Below are positions 1 to 8,964 of a stretch of DNA of 37,487 nt, piece after piece. Source of the stretch: an uncultured Acidobacteriaceae bacterium (GTDB taxonomy: Bacteria; Acidobacteriota; Terriglobia; Terriglobales; Acidobacteriaceae); assembly GCA_964245535.1 (NCBI GenBank), contig CAXTNA010000004.1:1-37487 (forward strand). Direction: 5' to 3'. Position 1 is the stretch's first letter. Each line of letters starts with the position of its first letter. A program made the translations under genes and the position numbers. The notes below the pieces were generated by a model, which was not told the DNA's origin, made no database searches, and saw nothing but the letters and a program-made list of their open reading frames with translations.

Positions 1-1
1 C

Positions 2-313
2 GGCACCGCCCTTGGCCGCTCGCGCATACCCTTGGTCAGCAGCACCGCCTCCGTACGACCGGTCGATTCGCTCACCTGCCCCGCCGTTGCACTCGAACTC
101 GCGCCGGAAACCGACGTTCCCAACAGCATCAACGACGCCGGCTACCAGGAGCGCGTGGCGTCCGCCATCGCCGGCGCACTCGTCTTCTGGCAGAACGCTG
201 TCCAGCCGCCGGTACGTCTTGCCGCCCCACCTTCCACCCATACGGCAAGCCACCACGCAACGCCGCACCTCCCAGCCACGGACACACCGCCCGCACCGGA
301 GGCACAGCCATGA
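2..313 (+). CDS. N-acetylmuramoyl-L-alanine amidase, C-terminal part (gene runs off the window start)
   Basis: The frame is open from base 2: ...RPVDSLTCPAVALELAP...INDAGYQERVASAIAGAL, typical of the Amidase_3 C-terminus. The stop overlaps the next ATG (ATGA at 310-313). Confidence 0.7.
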   Translation, partial: GTALGRSRIPLVSSTASVRPVDSLTCPAVALELAPETDVPNSINDAGYQERVASAIAGALVFWQNAVQPPVRLAAPPSTHTASHHATPHLPATDTPPAPEAQP

Positions 314-381
314 GCAAGCCTCCCGTTATGAGCAAGCTACCCGTCGTGAGCCAGCCTCCCACCCTGAACCAGAGCCCTGCA
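310..381 (+). repeat. Four degenerate 18-bp tandem repeats at the start of the GerMN gene
   Basis: ATGAGCAAGCCTCCCGTT / ATGAGCAAGCTACCCGTC / GTGAGCCAGCCTCCCACC / CTGAACCAGAGCCCTGCA. Confidence 0.75.
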
Positions 382-1107
382 ACCGGCAAACCGCCCTTGG
401 TTAGCACTCGCCGTCTGCGCATCCTGTTCTGGTGTCTTTTCGCGTGCATTCTGGCACTTGGTGCCGTGCTGGTCGTGGAGCGACAACGCATGCGCGACCG
501 CGTGCGTGACCTTGCCGACCAGACCCCCATCGACGCACCCTACACCGACACTGAGCCTGTAACGCTCGACTTGGCCAACGACGACGAAGGGTCTATCGCG
601 GCAGAAGAGCGGCAGATCGCCCTACCGACCGAGGTCACCGCCCGTGCCCGCGCCCTGCTCGACCATCTCGTGGGTGAATACGCGCTGCCCGGCTCGCCGC
701 ACGCGCTGCCCTCGGGCGCTATGGTGAATGAGATTTTTCTGCTGCCGCTACCCGTGGTCGGCCATACCGTCGACAACCACTCCCCGGCGACCGCGGACGG
801 ACATGTACCCACCATCCCCGTAGCTCCCACGGACCCCAACGCGACCCAACCCAAAACTCTCGGCGGCGAACTGGCGATCATCGATCTGCGCGGCAGCTTC
901 GTCAACAGCCATCCGTCCGGGGTGGAAGTCGAATCGCTCACCATCGCCTCCATCATCGGCACGCTGCACGCCAACCTGCCGCAGATCGAGCAGATTCGCT
1001 TCCTCGTAGACGGCCAGCCCCGTGAAACCCTCGCCGGTCACGCCGACCTGCTCCGCACCTACGCTTCCCGCGACACCACCGCCAACAGCAACGGCGGCTC
1101 GCAATAA
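310..1107 (+). CDS. GerMN-domain membrane-anchored protein
   Basis: One TM helix (ILFWCLFACILALGAVLVV). The C-terminus has GerMN-like motifs AIIDL..SFV..HPSG...E.LTI.SII.TL..N...I..IRFLVDGQPRETLAGH.DL. It sits between the amidase and murI. Confidence 0.8.
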   Translation: MSKPPVMSKLPVVSQPPTLNQSPATGKPPLVSTRRLRILFWCLFACILALGAVLVVERQRMRDRVRDLADQTPIDAPYTDTEPVTLDLANDDEGSIAAEERQIALPTEVTARARALLDHLVGEYALPGSPHALPSGAMVNEIFLLPLPVVGHTVDNHSPATADGHVPTIPVAPTDPNATQPKTLGGELAIIDLRGSFVNSHPSGVEVESLTIASIIGTLHANLPQIEQIRFLVDGQPRETLAGHADLLRTYASRDTTANSNGGSQ

Positions 1108-1138
1108 TGGTTCACCAAAACTTCATCGGGAAGGAACC

Positions 1139-1177
1139 GGGTGCCCCATCCTTTCCGGTCTTATCGGAAACGGTGGG
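1139..1177 (+). repeat. REP-like palindromic element (GGGTGCCCCATCC type)
   Basis: GGGTGCCCCATCCTTTCCG-GTCTTAT-CGGAAACGGTGGG forms an imperfect hairpin in the intergenic space and resembles repeats I recall from acidobacterial genomes. Confidence 0.6.
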
Positions 1178-1195
1178 TTCTCCCGCGATGGATTC

Positions 1196-2050
1196 ATGAT
1201 GGATTCATCAGGAAGTTCCATCACCTCAACGAATCCCACCATCGGCGTCTTCGATTCCGGCTTCGGCGGCCTCACCGTGTTACGGGCTCTTTTACCGAAA
1301 CTCCCCGGCGCCCATTTCCTCTATCTCGGCGACACCGCCCGCCTGCCCTACGGCGCCAAGTCCCAAGCCACCATCGCTCGCTACGCCGTCGAGGCCGCCC
1401 GCTTTCTAGTCGAACAAGGCGCGCAGTTACTGGTCATCGCCTGCAACACCGCCACAGCCCTCGCGCTGCCGGAAATCCGCGCCGCCGTCAAAGTTCCGGT
1501 CATCGGCGTGGTCGAGCCCGGCGCACACGCCGCCCTCACCGCCGTCCGTTCCCTCGCCAGCGTTCCAAGCCACACCGCCGAGGTGCTCGTCCTCGCCACC
1601 GCTGCCACCGTGCAATCGCACGCCTATCGCGACATCTGCGCCACATTCGGCTTGCAGGCCAAAGAGATGCCCTGTCCACTTCTGGTGCCGCTAATCGAAG
1701 AGGGCTGGATCGATCATCCCATCACGCGCGACGTGCTCCGCATCTATCTCGTCGAAGCGCTCCAAGCCACGCAGCCCGGCGCGGTGCTTCTCGGCTGTAC
1801 GCACTACCCGCTCATCGCCCCAGCCATCACAGAAACTCTGCGCGAGCTCGGCTCCACGGCCCTCGTGGTCGATTCAGCAGAAGCGACCGCCCAAGCCGTG
1901 CGCCATACCTTTCTCGATCTTTCCTTTGGCACCCAACCCGCAACATTTGAATGTTTTGCCACAGACTCAGTCGAAAAGTTCGCACACCTGGGCAGCCGCT
2001 TTCTCGGTCGTCCTATAGACAAGGTTTACCTTCTAGACCTCGGCGGATGA
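1196..2050 (+). CDS. murI: Glutamate racemase
   Basis: Motifs IGVFDSGFGGLTV, GDTARLPYG, VIACNTATA and LLGCTHYP. Start moved to ATG 1196 because the longer ORF overlaps the GerMN gene and the REP element. Confidence 0.96.
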   Translation: MMDSSGSSITSTNPTIGVFDSGFGGLTVLRALLPKLPGAHFLYLGDTARLPYGAKSQATIARYAVEAARFLVEQGAQLLVIACNTATALALPEIRAAVKVPVIGVVEPGAHAALTAVRSLASVPSHTAEVLVLATAATVQSHAYRDICATFGLQAKEMPCPLLVPLIEEGWIDHPITRDVLRIYLVEALQATQPGAVLLGCTHYPLIAPAITETLRELGSTALVVDSAEATAQAVRHTFLDLSFGTQPATFECFATDSVEKFAHLGSRFLGRPIDKVYLLDLGG

Positions 2051-2096
2051 GCGTATGCACTTCGCGGCGCAACATTCTTTCGTTCGCCTCCATCTT

Positions 2097-2134
2097 TGTC
2101 ATCCCGTAGCGGAGCGAAGGGATCTTGCTGTTTG
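2097..2134 (+). repeat. REP-like element (TGTCATCC type)
   Basis: TGTCATCCCGTAGCGGAGCGAAGGGATCT, with an ATCCC/GGGAT stem; shares its 5' GTCATC head with the elements at 3609 and 4838. Confidence 0.65.
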
Positions 2135-2174
2135 TACGTAGACGCACGAATCTTCCGCGTACACTGTCTCGACA

Positions 2175-2558
2175 ATGCACTATCTTCTCAAATCCGAACC
2201 AGAAAAATACTCCTTCGGCGATCTCGTCCGCGACGGCGAAACTACCTGGGACGGCATCAAGAACCCACAGGCACTCATCGCCCTGCGCAACATGCAGCCC
2301 GGCGAACAGTGCGTGCTATACCACTCCAACACCGGCAAAGCCGCTGTCGGTTTGGCGAAGGTCGTTTCAGTGACGTTGGACGCTGACGGCAAAACACCGC
2401 TCGTCCGGCTGAAAGCCGGGAAACCGCTCAAGCGCGAAAAGACCCTCGCTGAAATGCGCGAAACTCCTGTCTTCCAGGGCTCGCTACTCTTTCGCCAGTT
2501 CCGCCTTTCTGTCGTCCCGCTCACCGACGAGCAGTTCGACTGGCTTGTCCACGGTTGA
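2175..2558 (+). CDS. EVE domain protein
   Basis: N-terminal YLLKSEPEKYSF.DL....TTWDGIKNPQA, then YHS, and C-terminal RLSVVPLT.EQF: the EVE (PUA-like) signature. Confidence 0.92.
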   Translation: MHYLLKSEPEKYSFGDLVRDGETTWDGIKNPQALIALRNMQPGEQCVLYHSNTGKAAVGLAKVVSVTLDADGKTPLVRLKAGKPLKREKTLAEMRETPVFQGSLLFRQFRLSVVPLTDEQFDWLVHG

Positions 2559-2635
2559 CGTCCAGCATCGCTTCAAACCTCAATCCCTCACACCTCAACC
2601 CTCAACAGAACCCGCCCACAAAGCATCTTAACGGC

Positions 2636-3577
2636 ATGAGCACCAGTTCGACGCCCCCCAACGCTGCTTCTTCCGGCACCTTCCATCTCGGGGGCGATCT
2701 CCCGGTTCGCCGCCTCGGTTACGGCACGATGCGGCTCGTCGGCGAAGGCGCCTGGGGCGAGCCGCCCAACCGCGAAGACGCCCGTAACATTTTGCGCAGA
2801 GCCATAGAGCTTGGCATCAACCTGCTCGACACCGCCGATGCCTACGGCCCCGGCATCGCGGAGGAGCTCATTGCCGAAGCCCTTCACCCCTACCCCGCCG
2901 ACCTCGTCATCGCCACCAAAGGCGGCCTTACCCGCCAGGGTCCCGCCAAATCCGTCCCTTGCGGACGCCCCGACTATCTCCAGCAGCAACTCGAGATGAG
3001 CCTTCGCCGGCTCCGTGTCGAGCGCATCGACCTTTACCAGCTTCACCGCATCGACCCTACGGTCCCTCTCGCCGACACCCTGGGGGCGCTCCAGGCTGCG
3101 CAACAGGCCGGCAAGATTCGCCATATCGGCCTCTCCGAAGTCAATCCCGCGCAGATCGAGCAAGCACTGGCCATCGTGCCTATTGTCAGCGTGCAAAATC
3201 GCTACAACCTGAGCGAACGCAAAAGCGAACCCACGCTCCAGTTCTGCGAGCGGCAAGGCTTGGCCTTTCTGCCCTGGTATCCCATTGATGCAGGCAAGTT
3301 CGCCAGGGCCGCTACGCCGAACAGTGCCGACGGCAACGATGCCGGCACCAAAGGCAATCACCCCATTGCCGAGTTCGCCGCACAGCACAACGCTTCGGTT
3401 ACGCAGATCGCCCTTGCCTGGCTGCTGCAACACAGCCCGGCAATCCTTCCCATCCCCGGCACGGGAAGCATCGCGCACCTTGAAGAAAACGTCGCCGCGG
3501 CCGCCCTCAACGTGTCTGAGATTTCAGAAGACGAATGGGACGCCTTTGATCTGGTGGTCGACACGCAAGCGAGCTAG
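2636..3577 (+). CDS. Aldo/keto reductase
   Basis: RLGYGTMRL, LDTADAYG, IATKGG, IDLYQLHR, GKIRHIGLSEV, SVQNRYN, PIPGT...HLEEN. ATG 2636 chosen as start. Confidence 0.93.
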   Translation: MSTSSTPPNAASSGTFHLGGDLPVRRLGYGTMRLVGEGAWGEPPNREDARNILRRAIELGINLLDTADAYGPGIAEELIAEALHPYPADLVIATKGGLTRQGPAKSVPCGRPDYLQQQLEMSLRRLRVERIDLYQLHRIDPTVPLADTLGALQAAQQAGKIRHIGLSEVNPAQIEQALAIVPIVSVQNRYNLSERKSEPTLQFCERQGLAFLPWYPIDAGKFARAATPNSADGNDAGTKGNHPIAEFAAQHNASVTQIALAWLLQHSPAILPIPGTGSIAHLEENVAAAALNVSEISEDEWDAFDLVVDTQAS

Positions 3578-3608
3578 CGCAAACCATTGCGATGGACACC
3601 TAACTGCC

Positions 3609-3643
3609 GTCATCCTGAGCGCAAGCCGTATCGAGCTAGGACC
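3609..3643 (+). repeat. REP-like element (GTCATCCTGAGCG type, degenerate)
   Basis: GTCATCCTGAGCGCAAGC...GCTAGGACC with a TCCT/AGGA stem, intergenic. Confidence 0.55.
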
Positions 3644-3658
3644 ATTTGCTTCAACACT

Positions 3659-4813
3659 ATGAAAACGTCTCGCCTCCTCACGATCTCCCTGCTCGCCACC
3701 CTCGCCATCCTTGCGGTCTTGTGGGCGCTCGTCCTTCGCCAAAGACCACCGCAAAGCGACATGGACATCAACCGCGGCTTCCCGCAAACATCCTCCTCAC
3801 GCTCGCTGCCCCCTGAGCCAGCTACGCCCGCAGTGACATCTTCAACGGCGCCTCCGCCACCATCTGAGTCCCGTTCACCTGAAGGCGCCATAGGCGCATC
3901 GCAAATGCTCTATATCCTGCCCGACGCTGGCTTGAACTGGCTGTATACGCTCGTCAACAACGCTCACAGCACAGTCGACATGACCATGTACGAGCTCGTC
4001 GACAGCACCTTCTCCGCCGATCTCGTCGCCGCCTGCGGCCGTGGTGTGAAGGTGCGTGTCATCTTGGACCAGAACCTCGAGCGAGCGCACAATCTGCCCG
4101 CCTACACGCAGCTCAACAGTGCCGGGCCGAATTGCCAGGCGGCGTGGGCCAACCCGCAGTTCAGCGCCACGCATGAAAAATCTCTCGTTCTCGACAGGGC
4201 CACTGCCGTCATCCAATCGCTCAACCTCACCGAGCGCTACTACGCCTCCAGCCGGGAGTTCGCCATCGTCGAGCACGACCCGGCCGACATCGCGGCCATC
4301 GAAGCTACCTTCAACACCGACTTGAACGCCACGACCGACTTCAACTACCAGCCGCCGCCCGGCGATGCGCTCATCTGGAGCCCCACCACCGCGCAACCCG
4401 ACCTGCTCGGCATCCTCGACAACGCCGGGCGCACACTCCTGGTCGAAAACGAAGAGATGGGCACGCCCGGCGTCGTTGCCGCGCTCGAAGCCGCCTGCCG
4501 TCGTGGCGTCGCCGTCGAGATCGCCATGACGGACACCAGCGCGGCCTACCACACCAACTACACCGCGCTCCAAGCGGCCGGCTGCGGGGTTCACATCGGC
4601 GCCAACAACGCGTCCACGCTGTACATCCACGCCAAGGCCATCATCGCCGACCTCGGCACCCGAAAGCAGGTCGGCTATCTCGGCTCCATCAACTTCTCCA
4701 ATGCCTCGCTCACCCGCAACCGCGAGCTCGGCGTCTACGTGCATGACCCGGCCATCCTAAGCCAGATCGGCGCCACCATCGGCAAAGACTACGCCCAGTT
4801 CCCTACTTTTTAA
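3659..4813 (+). CDS. Phospholipase D superfamily protein with an N-terminal membrane anchor
   Basis: Two HKD motifs (HEKSLVLD and HAKAIIAD...GSINFS...NRELG), an N-terminal TM helix and a Pro/Ser/Thr linker. ATG 3659 chosen. Confidence 0.9.
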   Translation: MKTSRLLTISLLATLAILAVLWALVLRQRPPQSDMDINRGFPQTSSSRSLPPEPATPAVTSSTAPPPPSESRSPEGAIGASQMLYILPDAGLNWLYTLVNNAHSTVDMTMYELVDSTFSADLVAACGRGVKVRVILDQNLERAHNLPAYTQLNSAGPNCQAAWANPQFSATHEKSLVLDRATAVIQSLNLTERYYASSREFAIVEHDPADIAAIEATFNTDLNATTDFNYQPPPGDALIWSPTTAQPDLLGILDNAGRTLLVENEEMGTPGVVAALEAACRRGVAVEIAMTDTSAAYHTNYTALQAAGCGVHIGANNASTLYIHAKAIIADLGTRKQVGYLGSINFSNASLTRNRELGVYVHDPAILSQIGATIGKDYAQFPTF

Positions 4814-4837
4814 TTTGGGCTATCTGTCCTCATACAG

Positions 4838-4895
4838 TGTCATCTCGACCGGAGCGGACTGTTCCACCGTCCGCGCAGTGGAGAGACCTGCAGTT
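4838..4895 (+). repeat. REP-like element (TGTCATCTCGACCGGAG...GGAGAGACCTGCAGTT type)
   Basis: TGTCATCTCGACCGGAGCGGAC-TGTTCCACC-GTCCGCGCAGTGGAGAGACCTGCAGTT; nested stems GCGGAC/GTCCGC and TCTC/GAGA. Confidence 0.7.
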
Positions 4896-4993
4896 CCGTG
4901 CCAGAGCGGCACCTCAGAGAACATTCACAGCACCTCCCACATTCGTGCTATCGTCACCTCACACGCACGCAAATACTCTTCCAAGGCCATCCC

Positions 4994-5611
4994 ATGCGCT
5001 CCTGTGTCGCTCTCTCCGCTCTAGCCGGCCTTCTCCTCAGCGCTCCCGCCGCGCTCGCCGACTCCTTTGCCACCACACCGCAGATTGTGAAAGTTAACTT
5101 TACGGAGCACATCACCTCAACCACCGGCGTGGCGAACAGCCTTTGCGTAGCCCCGGGGAATTGCGATCTCGTCACCGGTTCGGCTCTGTACGATGCTTCT
5201 CTGCTAGGGCCTGGGGGTACTGGCTTTGTTTCGGTGTACACCGCAGGCTATACGGATTTTAACCACGCGTTGAGCATCCAAGTCGATGGTCAAGGTATCG
5301 CCTCTGCTTATTACAAAGGTTTCATTGCGGGCCTTGAGTTTCAAAATGGACAGCTTGTTGGTTTATACGTCAACTCCGGCGATCAAGGGGAGCATGAACA
5401 ATACAATCAAAACGGTATAGATTTCACCGAGCAGACATGGGACAGCCGCTATTACCCGAACGGCTCATTTACAGGCACCCTTGACGTCCCAACGATCGCT
5501 ACCTCAGTCACACCCGAGCCCTCCAGCCTCCTTCTCCTCGGCACAGGCCTACTCGGCGCCCTGCCCGGCCTGCGCCGCCTCCGCACCAAACGGGCAACTG
5601 CCGCAGCATAA
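4994..5611 (+). CDS. PEP-CTERM sorting-domain surface protein
   Basis: Signal peptide (MRSCVALSALAGLLLSAPAALA-DS). The C-terminus reads VTPEPSSLLLLGTGLLGAL followed by basic RRLRTKR. Confidence 0.9.
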   Translation: MRSCVALSALAGLLLSAPAALADSFATTPQIVKVNFTEHITSTTGVANSLCVAPGNCDLVTGSALYDASLLGPGGTGFVSVYTAGYTDFNHALSIQVDGQGIASAYYKGFIAGLEFQNGQLVGLYVNSGDQGEHEQYNQNGIDFTEQTWDSRYYPNGSFTGTLDVPTIATSVTPEPSSLLLLGTGLLGALPGLRRLRTKRATAAA

Positions 5612-5656
5612 CTGGTATCCTGAGGGGCGTTTGCCACCACAGGAGTTCGTTGCACC

Positions 5657-6433
5657 ATGATTGACATGCAGGGCCAGATCGCCGTCGTCTTCGGCGTCGC
5701 CAACAAACGCAGCATCGCCTACAGCATCGCCGAGTCGCTCGCCGGAGCCGGCGCCACCCTTGTGCTCTGCTACCAGAGCGAGCGGCTCAAGCGCGAAGCC
5801 GAACAGCTGCTCGCCGATCTCGGCCAAACCGGACAAGCCCGCGCCATTCAGTGCGATGTGTCGAACGATGCCGAGATCGACAGCGCCTTTGCGCAGATCA
5901 AGGAAGCCTTTCCGGTCATCCACACCGTCGTGCACTCCGTCGCCTTCGCACCCGCCGACGCCATCAAAAACGATTTCCTCGAAACCAGGCGTGAAGACTT
6001 TCGCATCGCGCACGACATCAGTGTGTATTCGCTCATTGCGATCGCCCGCGCCGCCGCGCCGCTGATGACCGCAGGCGGGTCGCTGCTCACGCTCACCTAC
6101 TACGGCTCGGAAAAGGTCTTCCCCAACTACAACGTCATGGGTGTCGCCAAGGCCGCGCTTGAGGCCACGGTACGTTACCTCGCCGCTTCACTTGGCCCTA
6201 AAAATATTCGTGTCAACGCCATCTCCGCCGGCCCGATCAAAACGCTCGCGGCGCGCGGTATCGGCGACTTCAACACGATCCTCGAAAAGGTCACCGAACG
6301 CGCCCCGCTGCACCGCAACGTCGAGCAGGCCGAAGTCGCCGGCGCCGCCCTGTTCCTCGCCAGCAAGCTCGCCAGCGGCATCACCGGCGAAATCACCTAC
6401 GTTGATTGCGGCTTCAACATTACTGGTATTTAG
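5657..6433 (+). CDS. fabI: Enoyl-ACP reductase FabI
   Basis: GVANKRSIAY, HSVAFAP, DISVYSL, LTYYG...YNVMGVAKAALE, NAISAGPIKTLAA. SD AGGAG upstream. Confidence 0.96.
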   Translation: MIDMQGQIAVVFGVANKRSIAYSIAESLAGAGATLVLCYQSERLKREAEQLLADLGQTGQARAIQCDVSNDAEIDSAFAQIKEAFPVIHTVVHSVAFAPADAIKNDFLETRREDFRIAHDISVYSLIAIARAAAPLMTAGGSLLTLTYYGSEKVFPNYNVMGVAKAALEATVRYLAASLGPKNIRVNAISAGPIKTLAARGIGDFNTILEKVTERAPLHRNVEQAEVAGAALFLASKLASGITGEITYVDCGFNITGI

Positions 6434-6453
6434 CGCTCAGGAATATACGTTCT

Positions 6454-8256
6454 CTACTCTTCGCCGACCTTCAGCACAGCCAGAAAGGCTTCTTGCGGAA
6501 TGTCCACTTTTCCGATGCGCTTCATCCGCTTTTTGCCCTCTTTCTGCTTGTCGAGCAGCTTGCGCTTGCGGCTGATGTCCCCGCCGTAGCACTTGGCAAT
6601 GACATTCTTGCGAATGGCCGTCACCGTCTCGCGCGCCACAATCTTCGAGCCGATCGCGGCCTGGATCGCAACCTCAAACATCTGCCGCGGAATGAGCTCT
6701 CGCATTTTCGAGACCAATGCCTTGCCGCGATCGTAGGCAAAGTCCCGGTGCACGATGATCGAAAGCGCATCCACCGGCTCACCGCTGACCAGAATATCCA
6801 TCTTCACCATCGGCGAAACCCACGTGCCGGCCAGCGCATAGTCGAGCGATGCATACCCGCGCGAAACACTCTTCAGCCGATCGTAGAAATCAAGCACGAT
6901 CTCGTTCAGCGGCAATTCATAGGTGATCATCACCCGTGTTTCTGAGACATATTCGAGGTTCTGCTGCCGCCCGCGCTTATCTTCGACCAGCTTCAAAATG
7001 CCGCCCACATATTCTTCATTGGTAAGGATTTTGGCCGTGATCACAGGCTCTTCAATGGTCTCGATCTCGGTCGGATCGGGCCAGCGCGAGGGATTGTCGA
7101 CCTCCAACACAGAACCATCGGTCATCGTGATCTTGTAGCGCACGCCGGGTGCAGTGATGATCAGGTCGAGATCGTATTCCCGCTCCAATCGCTCCTGAAT
7201 GATCTCCAGATGTAACAGCCCGAGGAAGCCGCAGCGAAATCCGAAGCCCAGGGCAGCGGAACTTTCCGGCTCGAAATTAAAGGAGCTATCGTTCAGCCGC
7301 AGCTTTTCAAGCGCATCGCGCAGCATGCCATGCTCATGCGAGTCCACTGTGTAAAGGCCGGCGAAAACCATGCTCTTGATGTCTTCAAAGCCCGGCAGCG
7401 CTTCGGCACAGGGCCGGTCGACATGGGTGATGGTATCGCCGACCTTGGTATCGGCGACGTTCTTGATCGTGGCGACAAAAAATCCCACCTCGCCCGCACT
7501 CAGCACATCAAGCACCACAGGCTTGGGTGTCATCACGCCCATGCTGTCGACATCAAACATGCGTCCATTCGACATGATCTTGATCTTGTCGCCCTTGCGC
7601 ATACGTCCGTTGATGACACGCGCCAATACGATCACACCACGATAGGCGTCAAACCAGGAATCGAAAATCAGCGCCTGCAACGGCGCGTCCGCATCGCCTT
7701 TGGGCGGCGGCAGCAGATGCACCACCGCTTCCAGAATCTGCTCGACGTTTAGCCCGGTCTTCGCGCTTACGGCCACGGCATCGTCAGCCGGCAAGCCAAC
7801 TGACTTCTCAATCATCGCCTTGGTGCGCTCAATGTCCGCGGAAGGCAAGTCGATCTTGTTGATGATCGGAATGATCTCCAGCCCATTCGAGATCGCCAGG
7901 TAGGCATTCGCCAGTGTCTGCGCCTCCACGCCCTGCGAGGCATCGACGACCAGCAGCGCGCCCTCGCAACTGGCCAACGAACGCGACACCTCGTAGCTGA
8001 AATCCACATGCCCGGGCGTGTCGATCAGGTTCAGCTGATAGTCATGCCCATCCGAGGCGCGATACATCATGCGCACCGTATGGGCCTTGATCGTGATCCC
8101 GCGTTCGCGCTCGAGGTCCATTGCATCGAGCACCTGCTCCTGCATCTCGCGCGCGGTTAACGAGCCGGTCAACTCCAGCAAACGGTCGGAAAGGGTGGAC
8201 TTGCCGTGGTCGATATGCGCGATGATCGCAAAGTTGCGGATGTACTTGGGGTCCAT
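6454..8256 (-). CDS. lepA: Elongation factor 4 (LepA)
   Basis: [57 protein letters not shown]; 600 aa. Confidence 0.99.
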   Translation of the reverse strand: MDPKYIRNFAIIAHIDHGKSTLSDRLLELTGSLTAREMQEQVLDAMDLERERGITIKAHTVRMMYRASDGHDYQLNLIDTPGHVDFSYEVSRSLASCEGALLVVDASQGVEAQTLANAYLAISNGLEIIPIINKIDLPSADIERTKAMIEKSVGLPADDAVAVSAKTGLNVEQILEAVVHLLPPPKGDADAPLQALIFDSWFDAYRGVIVLARVINGRMRKGDKIKIMSNGRMFDVDSMGVMTPKPVVLDVLSAGEVGFFVATIKNVADTKVGDTITHVDRPCAEALPGFEDIKSMVFAGLYTVDSHEHGMLRDALEKLRLNDSSFNFEPESSAALGFGFRCGFLGLLHLEIIQERLEREYDLDLIITAPGVRYKITMTDGSVLEVDNPSRWPDPTEIETIEEPVITAKILTNEEYVGGILKLVEDKRGRQQNLEYVSETRVMITYELPLNEIVLDFYDRLKSVSRGYASLDYALAGTWVSPMVKMDILVSGEPVDALSIIVHRDFAYDRGKALVSKMRELIPRQMFEVAIQAAIGSKIVARETVTAIRKNVIAKCYGGDISRKRKLLDKQKEGKKRMKRIGKVDIPQEAFLAVLKVGEE

Positions 8257-8352
8257 GCGGGTCCGGAGTCTCGAGGCGAGCGAAGAACGCTCGAAACTCT
8301 AGGATAACAGCGCCCCCGCACGGGCCTCGTAACACATGCGATCACATACTTC

Positions 8353-8964
8353 TTACGGCATCCGTTCCACCGTAACCTCGATGTCGAGGTGCCGCGTGCT
8401 CTCCGGGATATCCAGCGACCCAAGCGTCACTGGCACGCCCACCCTGGCCATGGCTACCGTTTCGAGCACCGTTTGCCGCACGCCCGGGTCCTTCAGCAGC
8501 TGCGGGTTTACCTGATCGACGATGCTTGAAAGCTCAACCTTCGCCCTCACCTGCACGCCACCCGTTACCTCCCTCAGAGCCGCGTCGAGGTTGAGACCCA
8601 CGTCGAGATAGGTGAACTGATACTGCGTCGTTTCCGGAGCGCCCTCATGCGAGTAGCCGCCCGTCAGCACCGGTACCTTGTTGCCCTGCTTGAACGTCGC
8701 GCGCTCGCCGGACACAATCGTGATCGCGTAGTGCTGCGTAGAGATTCGCTTACCCGCGTCGGACGCGATCACTGCGTAGGTCAGGCGATAGGTATGCGCC
8801 TCGCGAGCGCTGGCCCCATCGGCACTGCCTGCCGTTGGCTGCCGGTCTTGCGCGTGCACGCTTACAGACAGAACAGGAAGGAGAAACGCAAGTAAAAAGC
8901 CTGCAAGAACGGGAGATTTCGAGCTGCAACGAACTTGGCGGTAAGGGCTAAAGATAGACATCAT
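8353..8964 (-). CDS. Secreted hypothetical protein resembling a stand-alone secretin C-terminal domain
   Basis: Signal peptide ending SVHA-Q. The pattern G..ATFKQGNKVPV...FTYLDVGLNL...ELSSI...VRQTVLET...GVPVTLGSL parallels secretin-domain motifs. Confidence 0.55.
   Translation of the reverse strand: MMSIFSPYRQVRCSSKSPVLAGFLLAFLLPVLSVSVHAQDRQPTAGSADGASAREAHTYRLTYAVIASDAGKRISTQHYAITIVSGERATFKQGNKVPVLTGGYSHEGAPETTQYQFTYLDVGLNLDAALREVTGGVQVRAKVELSSIVDQVNPQLLKDPGVRQTVLETVAMARVGVPVTLGSLDIPESTRHLDIEVTVERMP

Noticed and set aside
2175-4813. EVE plus PLD-domain genes as a modification-dependent restriction/defence system
   Set aside because: They are separate genes split by an AKR and a REP element. 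The PLD protein has a membrane anchor and two HKD motifs like lipid-acting enzymes, and no helicase or methylase is nearby.
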